Shown here: positions 11,021 to 22,436 of the stretch, one piece after another
How the letters are laid out: each line of letters starts with the position of its first letter
Numbering within the stretch: the stretch's first letter is position 1
Source: Hypanus sabinus
Lineage: Eukaryota
Length of the DNA: 37,987 nt
Reading direction: 5' to 3'
Assembly: GCF_030144855.1 (NCBI RefSeq)
Contig: NC_082733.1
Coordinates: forward strand, 45,162,014-45,200,000
Made by a program: the position numbers and the translations under genes
The notes under the pieces: generated by a model
What the model saw: the letters and a program-made list of their open reading frames with translations, nothing else
Databases searched by the model: none
What the model was told of the DNA's origin: nothing

Positions 11021-12084
11021 ACTACTGGGGGAACTAAACCAGGGAGAGAACAAGGAGGAGTGACTAACCGGGCAAAGGGGCAAGGTTAGCAGGAGGTTTA
11101 CTGTTGTCAACCTGTTCTGTTACAGTTGTTTTTGAATGGACTCACTAGTGGAATCATGGAGTACTACTGCACAGAAAAAGGCCAATCGGCCCATCTGGTA
11201 CATGCTGAACTATTCTATCCAGTGCCATCTGGTCCATAGCGCTCCACACACCTCACAGGGACAATCCTGTGCAGCCCACAATGCGTTGTGCATTCAGGGA
11301 GGCTCTTCTACACACCACCACGTTAGCACGAGGTTAGTTGAGTTCCTGTCACCTTGACCCAGCCTGGCTATTCTCCTCTGAGGTGCTTATGGAGTATACC
11401 ACACCATGCAGCACGAGCAGACCTTCCCACTAGGATACTGGACTAGAATATAAAAGCAGGAATGGAATGTGGAGACTAGCGATGAAGCCATTTGTTGTGG
11501 ATAAAATCGTACAATGTTAGAATCCCTGTTTAAAAAGTTCCTTTCCAAATCTGCATTTGAAAAACTATTATGGTCTGATGAAGTGATTTCCCCACCCTGA
11601 CCAACAGTAGAATTTCCTGGTCCTTCTAGACCAGGCAGAGGCAGATTTAAACCTGGCTTTGCTGGGAAGGTGTGGAGGTTGGATTTGACAGTTGGTGAAT
11701 AGTTGTTTTGGAAAGTTAAAGACAAAGTGTGTTGTGAGAAAGCATCTGTATCTTTTTAAATTTTTGTACATGTTTGTTTTCATTTGTCTATTTGTAAATA
11801 TTTTTTCATCACAACTTTTGGTTAGTTTTTGGACATTTTTCATCCAGCACTAAGTGAAACTCCTTGCGGAAACGTACTGTTGCAGCTTCTCATCTGGTGA
11901 CCATCGTAGGGCACGCTGACCCACACCTGATAGAGAGGTGTGGCTGAATGGCAGAGCAGAACAGTCTCACACTCTCAATCTCTCTCTCTCACACACACAC
12001 ACGAGTCTCAGCTCAAGATTTGATGGAAGATTTTCGAGGGATTTTTTTTCTCAGTGTGGTGCTACCTTTGCAAGTAGGAGTTCA

Positions 12085-12381
12085 TTTACCACTTCTCCTC
12101 ACCTCCTCTGGTGTCCCTCCTTCCCTTTCTCCTCTCTTATCAGATTCCTTCCTCAGCCTTTTACCATTTTCACCTGTCACCTTCTAGCTTGTCCTCCTTC
12201 CCCTCACCCCCCACCACCTTATTCTGACATCTTCCCCCTTCTTTTTCAGTCCTGATGAAGGGTCTCAGCCCGAAACATTGACTCTTTGTTCATTTCCATA
12301 GATGCTGCCTTACCTGCTGAGTTACCCCAGCATTTTGTGTGTGTTGCTCTGGATTTCCAGAATCGGCAGTCTCTTTGTGTT
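12085..12381 (+). mobile_element. Penelope-like-derived short repeat carrying the best-preserved hammerhead motif (12247-12284)
   Basis: CAGTC CTGATGA AGGG TCTCAG CCC GAAA CATT GACTC followed by gatgctgcc..cctgctgagtt..ccagcattttgtgtgtg. Confidence 0.8.
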
Positions 12382-12398
12382 CATTTATTTTCCTGTAG

Positions 12399-12485
12399 TT
12401 TACAGAGGCCAAATGTTACCATGATAAACTGGTGAACATTCGGAGGGAAATGGTCACGTTGCATGAAAGGACGACAAGGCTGAAG
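12399..12485 (+). CDS. BLOC1S6: BLOC1S6 coding exon 4, FTEAKCYHDKLVNIRREMVTLHERTTRLK
   Basis: Acceptor ttttcctgtAG; donor AAG|GTATGG; matches recalled FAEAKHYHAKLVNIRKEMLMLHEKTSKLK. Missed by the ORF track. Confidence 0.97.
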
Positions 12486-13514
12486 GTATGGAACCCCACG
12501 GCTCATCCTGAATGAAGTTTCTGGGCATGTTACTATCAACCCTCTCCACTTTGACTGCATTGTCTATCCTTTAGCACTGCAGCACAAAAACACATAGGCC
12601 CTTCAGTCCCATTGTTTCATGCCAACCCAAGGTGCTCATCTACACTATTCCAATTTGCCTATTCTTGGCCCATAGCTCACCTTTCCACCTCATGTATCTG
12701 ACCACTTATCTTCTAAAAGTCGTTACTGAAGCTACCTCAACCAGGTCCTCGGATTTTTGGATTTTAGACCAGAGTGGTGGAGGGAGGGGCTTTAGGACTC
12801 CTTGTTCATCTGGGATAACTCCATGCATGGAGTTCTGTGGGATGGCTGTAGACTTTCCAGGCCTTGTTTTATTTTTCATTACAGTATGTTACCGGCCCCT
12901 GCCATCACGTGCTGATGGTGGTGCGTTTTCCATTTGTCACACGCCCAAAGTGCCAGCTGATCAGGGAGACCTGATCCTCGTGGCCCGCCATTGAACGTCC
13001 AACAGTTTGTGAACCAGCACAGTTGTCCTGTGGTGGCACTGTCCTGTTGTGCGGTGTTGGCAAGTGAATTGGGGGCTTTAAATGGTGGTAAACTGAAATG
13101 ATGGAAGTGGGAATGCAGTCCAGCAATCAGTAAATCTAGGATCAAATGGGAACGGTCAAGGAATGATAGATCCAGTTGACTTTACTGTCTGAATTCCTGT
13201 TATCACTGTGGGTGCTTTCCTTTAGCCAAAGGCAGGCAATGTTCTCAGCTCCAGAAATGGGATGAATTTTGGCTGTTGTCATTCATTGACTATCATCACA
13301 GTTATTCTTAGCTTCTCCTTTATCATATCATTTATCAATGGCTTTGTATCAGCCCCATCCCTGTGGTTGCCAAAGACCCCATGAACCTGCTGTGCCCACC
13401 GGTCCTCACGCTGTGGTCTTTAATTTGAGGTTTGGAGTTTTCTGCTGTTCCTGAAATCTGCCTTCTGTGAAAGTCCATCTCTGTCCTGTGGGGACCAGAG
13501 TCCTGTATCTGTAG

Positions 13515-16356
13515 GGAACGTGGGGACTGTTGTGCTGGATCTCCAGGAGACATGGGGACTGGATTTCTGGGGGAATATGGGGAACAGTGTTCTGGATCTC
13601 AGGGGAATGTAGGGAACGATGTTCAGGATCTCGGGAGAATGTGGAGACTGGTGTCCTGGATCTCTAAGAGACATGGGGACTGGTGTTCTGGGTCTTGGGG
13701 GAACGTGGGGACTGGTTCTGGGGGAATGTGGGGAACAGTGTTTTGGGGGAATGTGGGGATTGGTGTTCTGGGTCTCGGGGGAATGTGGGAACTGGGGTTC
13801 TGGGTCTCGGGAATGTGGGGAACAGTGTTCTGGGTCTCTGTGGGAATGTGGGGACTGATGTTCTGGGTCTCTGGGGAATGTGGGGACTGATGTTCTGGGT
13901 CTCTGGGGAATGGTGTTCTGGGTCGGGGGAATGTGGGGAACGGTGTTCTGGTTCAGGGGAATGTGGGGAATGGAGTTCTGGGTCTGGGGGAATGTGGGGA
14001 CATGTTCTGGGTCTCTGGGGAACGTGGGGACATGTTTTGGGTCTCTGGGAAATGTGGGGAATGTTGTTCTGGGTCGGGGGAATGTGGGGAACAGTGTTCT
14101 GGGTCTCTGGGGAATGTGAGGATCGGTGTTCTGGGTCTCGGGGAATGTGGGGACTGATGTTCTGGGTCTCTGGGGAACGTGGGGACATGTTTTGGGTCTC
14201 TGGGAAATGTGGGGAATGGTGTTCTGGGTCGGGGGAATGTGGGGAACGGTGTTCTGGGTCTCTGGGGAATGTGGGGATCGGTGTTCTGGGTCTCTGGGGA
14301 ATGTGGGGATCGGTGTTCTGGGTCTCGGGGAATGTGGGGAACGGTGTTCTGGGTCTTGGGGAATGTGGGGAACGGTGTTCTGGGTCTCTGGGGAATGTGG
14401 GGAACGGTGTGCTGGGTCTCGGGAATGTGGGGATCGATGTTCTGGGTCTCTGGGAGAATGTGGGGACTGATGTTCTGGGTCTCTGGGGAATGTGGGGACT
14501 GATGTTCTGGGTCGGGGGAATGTGGGGAATGGAGTTCTGGGTCTCTGGGGGAATGTGGGGACTGATGTTCTGGGTCTCTGGGGAATGTAGGGACATGTTT
14601 TGGGTCTCTGGGAAATGGTGTTCTGGGTCGGGGGAATATGGGGAACAGTGTTCTGGGTCGGGGGAATGTGGGGAACAGTGTTCTGGGTCTCAGGGGAATG
14701 TGGGGACTGATGTTCTGGGTCTCTGGGGAATGTGGGGAACGGTGTTCTGGGTCTCGGGAATGTGGGGACTGATGTTCTGGGTCTCTGGGGAATGTGGGGA
14801 CTGATGTTCTGGGTCTCTGGGGAATGTGGGGAATGGTGTTCTGGTTCGGGGGAATGTGGGGAATGGAGTTCTGGGTCTCTGGGGGAATGTGGGGAACGGT
14901 GTTCTGGGTCTCTGGGGAATGTGGGGAACGGTGTGCTGGGTATCGGGAATGTGGGGACTGATGTTCTGGGTCTCTGGGGAACGTGGGGACATGTTTTGGG
15001 TCTCTGGGAAATGTGGGGAATGGTGTTCTGGGTCGGGGGAATGTGGGGAACGGTGTTCTGGGTCTCTGGGGAATGTGGGGATCGGTGTTCTGGGTCTCGG
15101 GGAATGTGGGGAACGGTGTTCTGGGTCTTGGGGAATGTGGGGAACGGTGTTCTGGGTCTCTGGGGAATGTGGGGAACGGTGTTCTGGGTCTCAGGGGAAT
15201 GTGGGGACTGATGTTCTGGGTCTCTGGGGAATGTGGGGACTGATGTTCTGGGTCTCTGGGGAATGTGGGGAACGGTGTTCTGGTTCGGGGGAATGTGGGG
15301 AATGGAGTTCTGGGTCTCTGGGGGAATGTGGGGAACGGTGTTCTGGGTCTCTGGGGAATGTGGGGAACGGTGTGCTGGGTATCGGGAATGTGGGGACTGA
15401 TGTTCTGGGTCTCTGGGGAACATGGGGACATGTTTTGGGTCTCTGGGAAATGTGGGGAATGGTGTTCTGGGTCGGGGGAATGTGGGGAACGGTGTTCTGG
15501 GTCTCTGGGGAATGTGGGGATCGGTGTTCTGGGTCTCGGGGAATGTGGGGAACGGTGTTCTGGGTCTTGGGGAATGTGGGGAACGGTGTTCTGGGTCTCT
15601 GGGGAATGTGGGGAACGGTGTGCTGGGTCTCGGGAATGTGGGGATCGATGTTCTGGGTCTCTGGGGGAATGTGGGGAACGGTGTTCTGGGTCTTGGGGAA
15701 TGTGGGGAACGGTGTTCTGGGTCTCTGGGGAATGTGGGGAACGGTGTGCTGGGTCTCGGGAATGTGGGGATCGATGTTCTGGGTCTCTGGGGGAATGTGG
15801 GGACTGATGTTCTGGGTCTCTGGGGAATGTGGGGACTGATGTTCTGGGTCGGGGGAATGTGGGGAACGGTGTTCTGGGTCGGGGGAATGTGGGGAATGGA
15901 GTTCTGGGTCTCTGGGGGAATGTAGGGACTGATGTTCTGGGTCTCTGGGGAACGTGGGGACATGTTTTGGGTCTCTGGGAAATGTGGGGAATGGTGTTCT
16001 GGGTTGGGGGAATGTGGGGTACAGTGTTCTGGGTCTCTGGGGAATGTGGGGAACGGTGTTCTGGGTCAGGGGAATGTGGGGATCGGTGTTCTGGGTCTCT
16101 GGGGGAATGTGGGGATCGATGTTCTGGGTCTCGGGGGGGAATGTGGGGATCGGTGTTCTGGGTCAGGGGGAATGTGGGGACTGATGTTCTGGGTCTCGGG
16201 GGGAATGTGGGGACTGGTATTCTGGGTCTCGGGGGGAATGTGGGGATCAGTGTTCTGGGTCTTGGGAATGTGGGGATCGGTGTTCTGGGTCTCTGGGGGA
16301 ATGTGGGGACTGGTATTCTGGGTCTCGGGGAATTTGGGGAATGGTGTTCTAGGTCT
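13515..16356. repeat. G-rich minisatellite, unit of about 32 bp GGGGAATGTGGGGAACGGTGTTCTGGGTCTCT, about 2.8 kb, in BLOC1S6 intron 4
   Basis: Tandem units read directly; edges more diverged than the centre. Confidence 0.97.
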
Positions 16357-16391
16357 ATAGGTAACATGCTTATACGTTTCTCTGTTTGCAG

Positions 16392-16511
16392 AGAAGAGCT
16401 TTAAAACTTCAGCAGCAGAGACAGAAGGAAGTGCTGGAAAACGAGCAGCAACGGGAGAAGGAGTTGGAACGAGAGCGGCAACTGATTGCTAAGCCTGCGA
16501 AGCTCTCGTAG
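16392..16511 (+). CDS. BLOC1S6: BLOC1S6 terminal coding exon 5, RRALKLQQQRQKEVLENEQQREKELERERQLIAKPAKLS*
   Basis: Acceptor tttctctgtttgcAG; TAG at 16509-16511; matches the recalled pallidin coiled-coil C-terminus. Exon sum 55+145+88+87+120 = 495 nt = 164 aa plus stop. Confidence 0.97.
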   Translation, partial: RRALKLQQQRQKEVLENEQQREKELERERQLIAKPAKLS

Positions 16512-17964
16512 GCACCAGGGGCTGTGGCTTTGACAGCAAACACCAGCAGACTGGAGGTTCAGTGTATTTGGAGGACGTCCTGTCGCACAATGTTTCAGAG
16601 CACGGACTTATGAATACTAACCTTCAGTTTGTCTGCTGTGAACAACTCAAAATACCAACCGTAGGAATCCAAAATGCACTTTTGATGAAGGGGAGATTTT
16701 CAGTGGGGCCTCTGGGTGATGTGTGGTCCAACATTATACACAATGCCCAGTGCCAGGTACAATGTTGGACCATGCATTGTAGCAGTAACGTCGTGCCCTG
16801 GCACTGCATGGCTTTCATTGTCCTCAAACAACATTGGTTCCGGGTTCTTCTGCCCCTTGGAACAATGGTTAATCAGGCAGCGATGGTCTAGACCACTGTG
16901 ATCACTCCCTTGAGTGAGGTCTCTGAAGAAGCAGGTCATCTCATTTCTCTGTGGCCTGGACGGGTGTCTGGGGTCCAGGGAAGTCAGACTGGATGTCACA
17001 ACCGAGGCTGTTGCGTTATCTTCAGGTTTATGGATGATGCCCACACTCAGAATAGTTACTAAACTGTGAGCAAGTCACGGGTTTGGTTTGGGACTGATGC
17101 CCTGACGTGGAACAGTTTGGAATTTAGACATGATGGGTTGCAGCACAAGTTTGTCAGGAGAAGTGAATGTAGAGATCCCACTCTGAGTTGGCAGCTGGGA
17201 ATGTGCTCTTCATTGTCCTCTCTGCTCACACTTGCTTACATCCTCAGCTCAGGGTTTCATTACAGTCACTGATGACAGACTGATGGGTAGGTTTGCTTTC
17301 AGAATCACTTTAATGCCATTCCTAAAGTTTTTTAAACTCAATTCCACCACAGGCATGTCTGCCTCAGCCTCTGCTCTGGACTGAAGTGTGACTGTAATAT
17401 TGGTGATAGGCTCATTTACTGTCACTAAACCCTGATCACACACCATTCCATCAGGGCTTGCTTCTCCAGTCCAGCACCTGTGCCTCACCAGAGGTCAGTC
17501 AGACTGTTGCCTAGAGAGTTACTGAAAGAGAGAAACATTTAAACGATGTTTACTGCCTTCCCGATTGTGGCTGCAAGGCTGGAATTTCTCCTCTATGTAA
17601 TGGGCTCATTCTGTAAGCCAAGTTAAACTCAGTGGGTGGGGGAGTTCTTCTTTTGCTTCTTAAGCCCCATCCTTGGCCACCAACAGCACTTGCCAGAGTC
17701 CTTGGTCCTAAGCCAGTAGAAGGTTGATGGGCCTTGTGGCTTCCACTTTCACCCATGACTTCTTGGTGAAGATTCGTCTGACCCAGGAATGAGCTTCTGT
17801 TGGCGTTGGCTCTGGATCTTTACAGGATGCCCAAGCCTGGCTTGGAACCATTGATGGCGGAGTTGGGTGTGGAGGTTAATCGGTGCAAATCATCTGGGAA
17901 CTAACAAACCACCCCAAAACAAAATTAAAAGTTTCACTTGGCTTTTTTGACTATACTTACTTGA

Positions 17965-17991
17965 AATAAAATGTAAGATGTTAGAAATAAA
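17965..17991 (+). terminator. Candidate BLOC1S6 polyadenylation signals (AATAAA at 17965 and 17986; ATTAAA at 17924)
   Basis: First clustered hexamers after about 1.45 kb of unique putative 3'UTR, just before repeats resume. Confidence 0.6.
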
Positions 17992-18002
17992 GATAAAGAA
18001 TT

Positions 18003-18436
18003 AAAGATCAGCTTTATTTGTCACATGTACACAGAAACATACAGTAAAATGTGTCGTTTGCATCAATGACCAACACAGTCCGAGGATGCGCTGGGGTGGT
18101 GGGGGGGAGGCAGCCCATGTGTAACCATGTGTCTGATGCAGTAAAGTTTAATGTAAATTTATTATTAAAGTACATATATGTCACCATATATGATTCATTT
18201 TCTTGCGGGCATTCTCAGCTAATACCATGGAATCAATGAAAAACTACACACAACAACAGACAAGCAACCAATGTGCCTACCCACAACTCATTTGCCATAA
18301 CCCGTACATCTTTGGACTGTGGGAGGAAACTAGAGCACCTGGCGGAAACCCGTGCAGTCACGAGCAGACAGCAACGGGAAGTGAACCGCAATTCCTGGTA
18401 CTGTAAGTCGTTACTCTAAACGTTATGCTACCATGA
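18003..18436 (-). mobile_element. tRNA-derived V-SINE (HE1-like), degenerate and interrupted
   Basis: Contains tttggactgtgggaggaaactagagcacctggcggaaacccgtgcagtcacg, resembling the V-SINE core as recalled; minus strand has A-box-like ggtagcataacg and B-box-like ggttcacttcc near 18435-18378. Confidence 0.65.
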
Positions 18437-18829
18437 TGAAATGTTCCACGTGTGGGGCAAGAAGAGTGTCTTGTCATCAGCCTCCACAGTTGCTGCCTGA
18501 CCAGACGTGTTTCCCATACACAGTATTTTACATAGGATCACACGTGTTTGAAGGCTGAGGCACCTGTGGTCTGAATCCTCATGAGCCCGTAGGTGACCTG
18601 ATAGCCTTCACTGAAAGAAGCCCTAAGTGACTGCTCTGCTCTGCCCTGTCCTGTACCCTGCACTCCTCCCCACCTGCTGCTCGGACGCTCTCTGATTGCA
18701 CAGAGCCAAGTCGGGCACTGGGCTGACCCAGCATGGCACCCATTGGGGTTGAGTCACTGGCATGGTTTGTGGTGGGGTATTGGATGCTGCAGGGTGCTGG
18801 CTTGTGTTTGGTGGGCACATTTGTGGGTG

Positions 18830-19250
18830 GGGCAAATGTTTCTACCAACAGGGGAAGGGGTAAAAGCAAGTTACTGGCACCTTAAAACCAGTCACTTGGG
18901 CAGAAGATACTCATCGGCCATGGTTAACAGCTCATCTAGGAGAAGAAAATCTCTGATTTCAAACCTCCACTACATCATGATCATGGGGAAGGCTTTGGGA
19001 ATAAACCCCCAGGGTAAAAGTCTAGAACTGGAGTCCCCAAGGCAGTCCTACATTGAGTTCAACATTGATTGGCAACTTTGCATTGCCTCTGCTGCCAAAC
19101 TATTGGTGTCTGCCATTCATCAGCTGTTTGGTAAGGGGGGACTTGCTACATGGGCAACAGCTTGCTCTCCGTATCATACTGCCCTAGACAGCTGGGACAC
19201 AACATCCATGGTCAGCCCTACTAATGGGTATCAAGATCCCATCCAACCCT
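18830..19250 (+). mobile_element. Probable RTE-clade LINE 5'UTR-derived repeat
   Basis: cagctcatctaggagaagaaaatctctgatttcaaacctcc resembles RTE 5'UTR motifs as recalled; no coding support. Confidence 0.4.
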
Positions 19251-19475
19251 GGGGACTAATCCACCATAGACCCAACACCCCCTGATCTCTACATGTCCTG
19301 GATTATTAGTTTACTCCAGATCTCCTTTCACCATGTCCTTCTCCTGGGTGAATACAATCTGATCTACTCATAGGCCTTCCCCTCGATCCAACTACACAGT
19401 CCTTCCTTTATCTTTGAGAGGTCCTGCTCCGCCACTTGCCTATCCTCTTTTTAATGTTCAAACGTTTTAGGCACA

Positions 19476-19931
19476 TATATTTAGCTAGGGTGCAAAAGAC
19501 TTTTGCACAGTACTGTTGTAATTTTATGTATTGCACTGAACTGCTGCTGCAAAATAAAATCTAATTTCATGATGTCTGAGTGATGACAAACCTGATTCTG
19601 ATCTGGGTCTCCATTGTGAACAGAGAGTGGGAAGGGGGCAGGAAGAGGGGAATCATGGTTGGGAAAATGGGAACGGAGAGGGGAGGGAGTGGGAGGCACC
19701 AGTGAGACATTTTGTAATGATCAGTAAACCAATTGTTTGGGATCAAATTACCTTGCCTGGTGTCTCAGGACTGGGTGTGTCTACACCCACACCACTCCTC
19801 TGCCACCTGTCCCACTCCACCCTCGCCATTCCCAACATCCTTTGCTTCCGCCAGATTTATAAACTCTCTCTCCGCTCCATGTTGACAAATACAGTTCTGT
19901 GCAAAAATCTTCGGCACCCTAGCTAGATATA
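19476..19931. mobile_element. Non-autonomous element of about 455 bp bounded by 40-bp inverted repeats
   Basis: 19477-19516 and the reverse complement of 19891-19930 match at 35/40 positions; TA-rich outer ends. Confidence 0.75.
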
Positions 19932-20204
19932 ACTGTATAATGTATACTTACTTTGGTAATACATCTATTTCGAACTTTGAAATCTCTCTCATTTTCCAAG
20001 GTTCCATTTCCTCCCTTCCTCTTTTCCGGAACTTTCCAGTTATGAAATCTGATCGGGTGCACTTGCTCAATTACTTCTGCTCCTGATTAACACTTGCCTG
20101 ATGATATTGCAAAGTAACACACAGAAAATGGAACAGATTTCCTTGTGTTTGATGTTGTCATGTGACTTCATCTGATTGTGTGCTTCCCAACCGAGCTCTG
20201 GACA

Positions 20205-21420
20205 TTCAAGGTTTAAAGTAAACTTATTACTGAAGAACACATCTCACACCCCGTACAGTCCCTGAGACACAAGAAACGCAATAGAATCAACGAAAAACCA
20301 CACCCAACTACAAAAACAATCAATGTGCAAAAAAATTAAACTGCAAATACAAAAAAGAAATAATAAATATACTAAATTAGCAATAAATATTGATAACCTG
20401 AGATAGAGTCCTTGAAAGTGAGACCCTTGGTTGTGGGAACATTTCAGTGATGGAGAAAGTGAACTTATTTCCTTTGGTTCAAGAGCCTGATGGTTGGGAG
20501 ATAAGTCCCAACCTGTAAGTCCATATCCTGATGCTGGTAATGAGGAGGACATGCCCTGGATAGTGAGGTTCTTGATAGATACTGCTTTCCTGTATAGATT
20601 TGCTCCTTGCTAAGGAGGACTTCATCTGTGATGGACTGGGCCATATGCCCTACTTCTTGGTCAATTCAAGTCAAGTCAAATCACTTTTATTGTCATTTCG
20701 ACCATAACTGCTGGTACAGTACATAGTAAAAATGAGACAATGTTTTTCAGGACCATGGTGTTACATGACAGTACAAAAACTAGACTGAACTATGTAAAAA
20801 AACAACACAGAGAAAGCTACACTGGACTACAGACTTACACAGGACTGCGTAAAATGCAAAAAACAGTACCGGCATTACAATAAATAATAAACAGGACAAT
20901 AGGGCAAGGTGTCAGTCCAGGCTCTGGGTATTGAGGAATCTGATAACTTGGGGGAAGAAACTGTTACATAGTCTGGTCGTGAGAGCCTGAATGCTTCGGA
21001 GCCTTTTCCCAGACGGCAGGAGGGAGAAGAGATTGTATGAGGGGTGCATGGGGTCCTTCATAATGCTGTCTCCTTTGCGGATGCAGCGTGTAGTGTAAAT
21101 GTCAGTGATAGTGGGAAGAGAGACCCCGATGATCCTCTCAGCTGACCTCACTATCCACTTTAATGCTTCAACATTCAAGAGCATTGGTATTTCCTTACCA
21201 GTTCATGATACAACCAGTCAATATACTCAACACTGCACATCGATAGAAGTTTGTCAAAGTTTGAGATGACATGTCAAATCTTCATAAATTGCTAAGGAAG
21301 TAGAGACGCAGTCATATTTTCTTCATACTCGCACTTGGTCCCAGGAAAGATACTATGAGATGATAATGCTGAGGAATTTGAAGTTGCTGACCCTCTCCAC
21401 TTCAGATCTGGTGACCAGCA
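20205..21420 (-). mobile_element. Nested Rex1/Babar LINE 3' fragments (younger copy at about 20663-21160 inside an older one)
   Basis: Minus ORF IVRSAERIIGVSLPTITDIYTTRC..KDPMHPSYNLFSLLPSGKRLRSI..SFFPQ.IR.LN is the Rex1 C-terminus; (caagt)n tail at about 20666. Confidence 0.8.
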
Positions 21421-21900
21421 AAGTTATGAGAAGTCCAGGTACAATCTCCAGAAAACCATCTCATGGGCAAAGTGGCAATTCCGGACTAATCTTGAATCAT
21501 CAAAGCATATTCGACAACTGTGGCTGGGCTTTAATAGATCGTGTCTGATAAAGTAAAATCAAGTAGGCAACAACAGGGCTTCTCTTCCAGATGAGCTCGA
21601 TGCTTTCTATGCTTGCTTTGTCCATCAAAACATGAAGGGACCAGCGCAAACTCCCACAGCCCCCAATGATCCTGTGATTTCCGTCTCTGTGGCTGATGTG
21701 AGAGCAGTCTTCTGGAGGGTGAATCCACAAAAAGCATTTGGCCCAGACAAGGAACCTGGCCAGGTACTAAAGACCTGTGCTGATCAACTGGCTAGAATGT
21801 TCAGTGAGATCTTTAACCTCTCCCTTCGGTAGTATGTGGTACCCACCTGCACCAAGTAGGCTTCGATTATACTGGTGCCAAAGAGCATGGTAACCTGCAT
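21420..21900 (+). mobile_element. Rex1/Babar ORF fragment (pre-RT region), opposite orientation
   Basis: VSVADVRAVFWRVNPQKAFGPD..PGQVLKTCADQLA.MFSEIFNLSL. Confidence 0.8.
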
Positions 21901-22436
21901 CTGTAACATTTGGCACAGGGAGTAATCCCAAGAATACAATCCTAGAGATCTTGGCTTTCAACTTTGGAACTACCTCTGAAGTTGGTACAAAGTTGAAAAA
22001 ACAAGTAATCTAAGATTGTAAGGTAGGTGTTACCTCTAAGGAGTCATCTTGGAGGCTCCCTCCTGGCCAAATGAAAGCCTGTAGGCCCTCCTGGCAAGAG
22101 AAAGGATGTGGAACCTTTAGAGAGAGTGCAGAGGAGATTCACCTGGATTAGAGAGTATGTCTTATGATAATAGGTTGAGTGAGCTAGGGTGTTTCTCTTT
22201 GGAGTGAAGGAGGTGAACACAATAACTCAATGACAGTGTTAGTGAATATAATGTGGAACAGTTTCTATTATGAACAATACGTGTCACCTTCACCCACAAA
22301 CCCGTGGGCGTTTATTTGATATTCCTCTTTCGCACATTTCATTTTTTCATTGTAGCTTACAAGAATATTTGTCTTGCAATGTACAACTACCACAAACAAC
22401 AAAGTGCCAATATTCACTGATAATAAACCTGATTAT

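Noticed and set aside
11690-11850. U-rich, 3'UTR-like stretch with TGTAAATA (Pumilio-like element) in intron 3
   Set aside because: No upstream coding exon or clear poly(A) signal; compatible with ordinary AT-rich intron.
13420-16404. 847-aa, 804-aa and many overlapping ORFs (mucin/proline-rich looking)
   Set aside because: Open in several frames on both strands because the 32-bp minisatellite lacks stops; lies within BLOC1S6 intron 4.
18370-18436. tRNA gene
   Set aside because: Only degenerate A/B boxes at a SINE head; no cloverleaf can be drawn.
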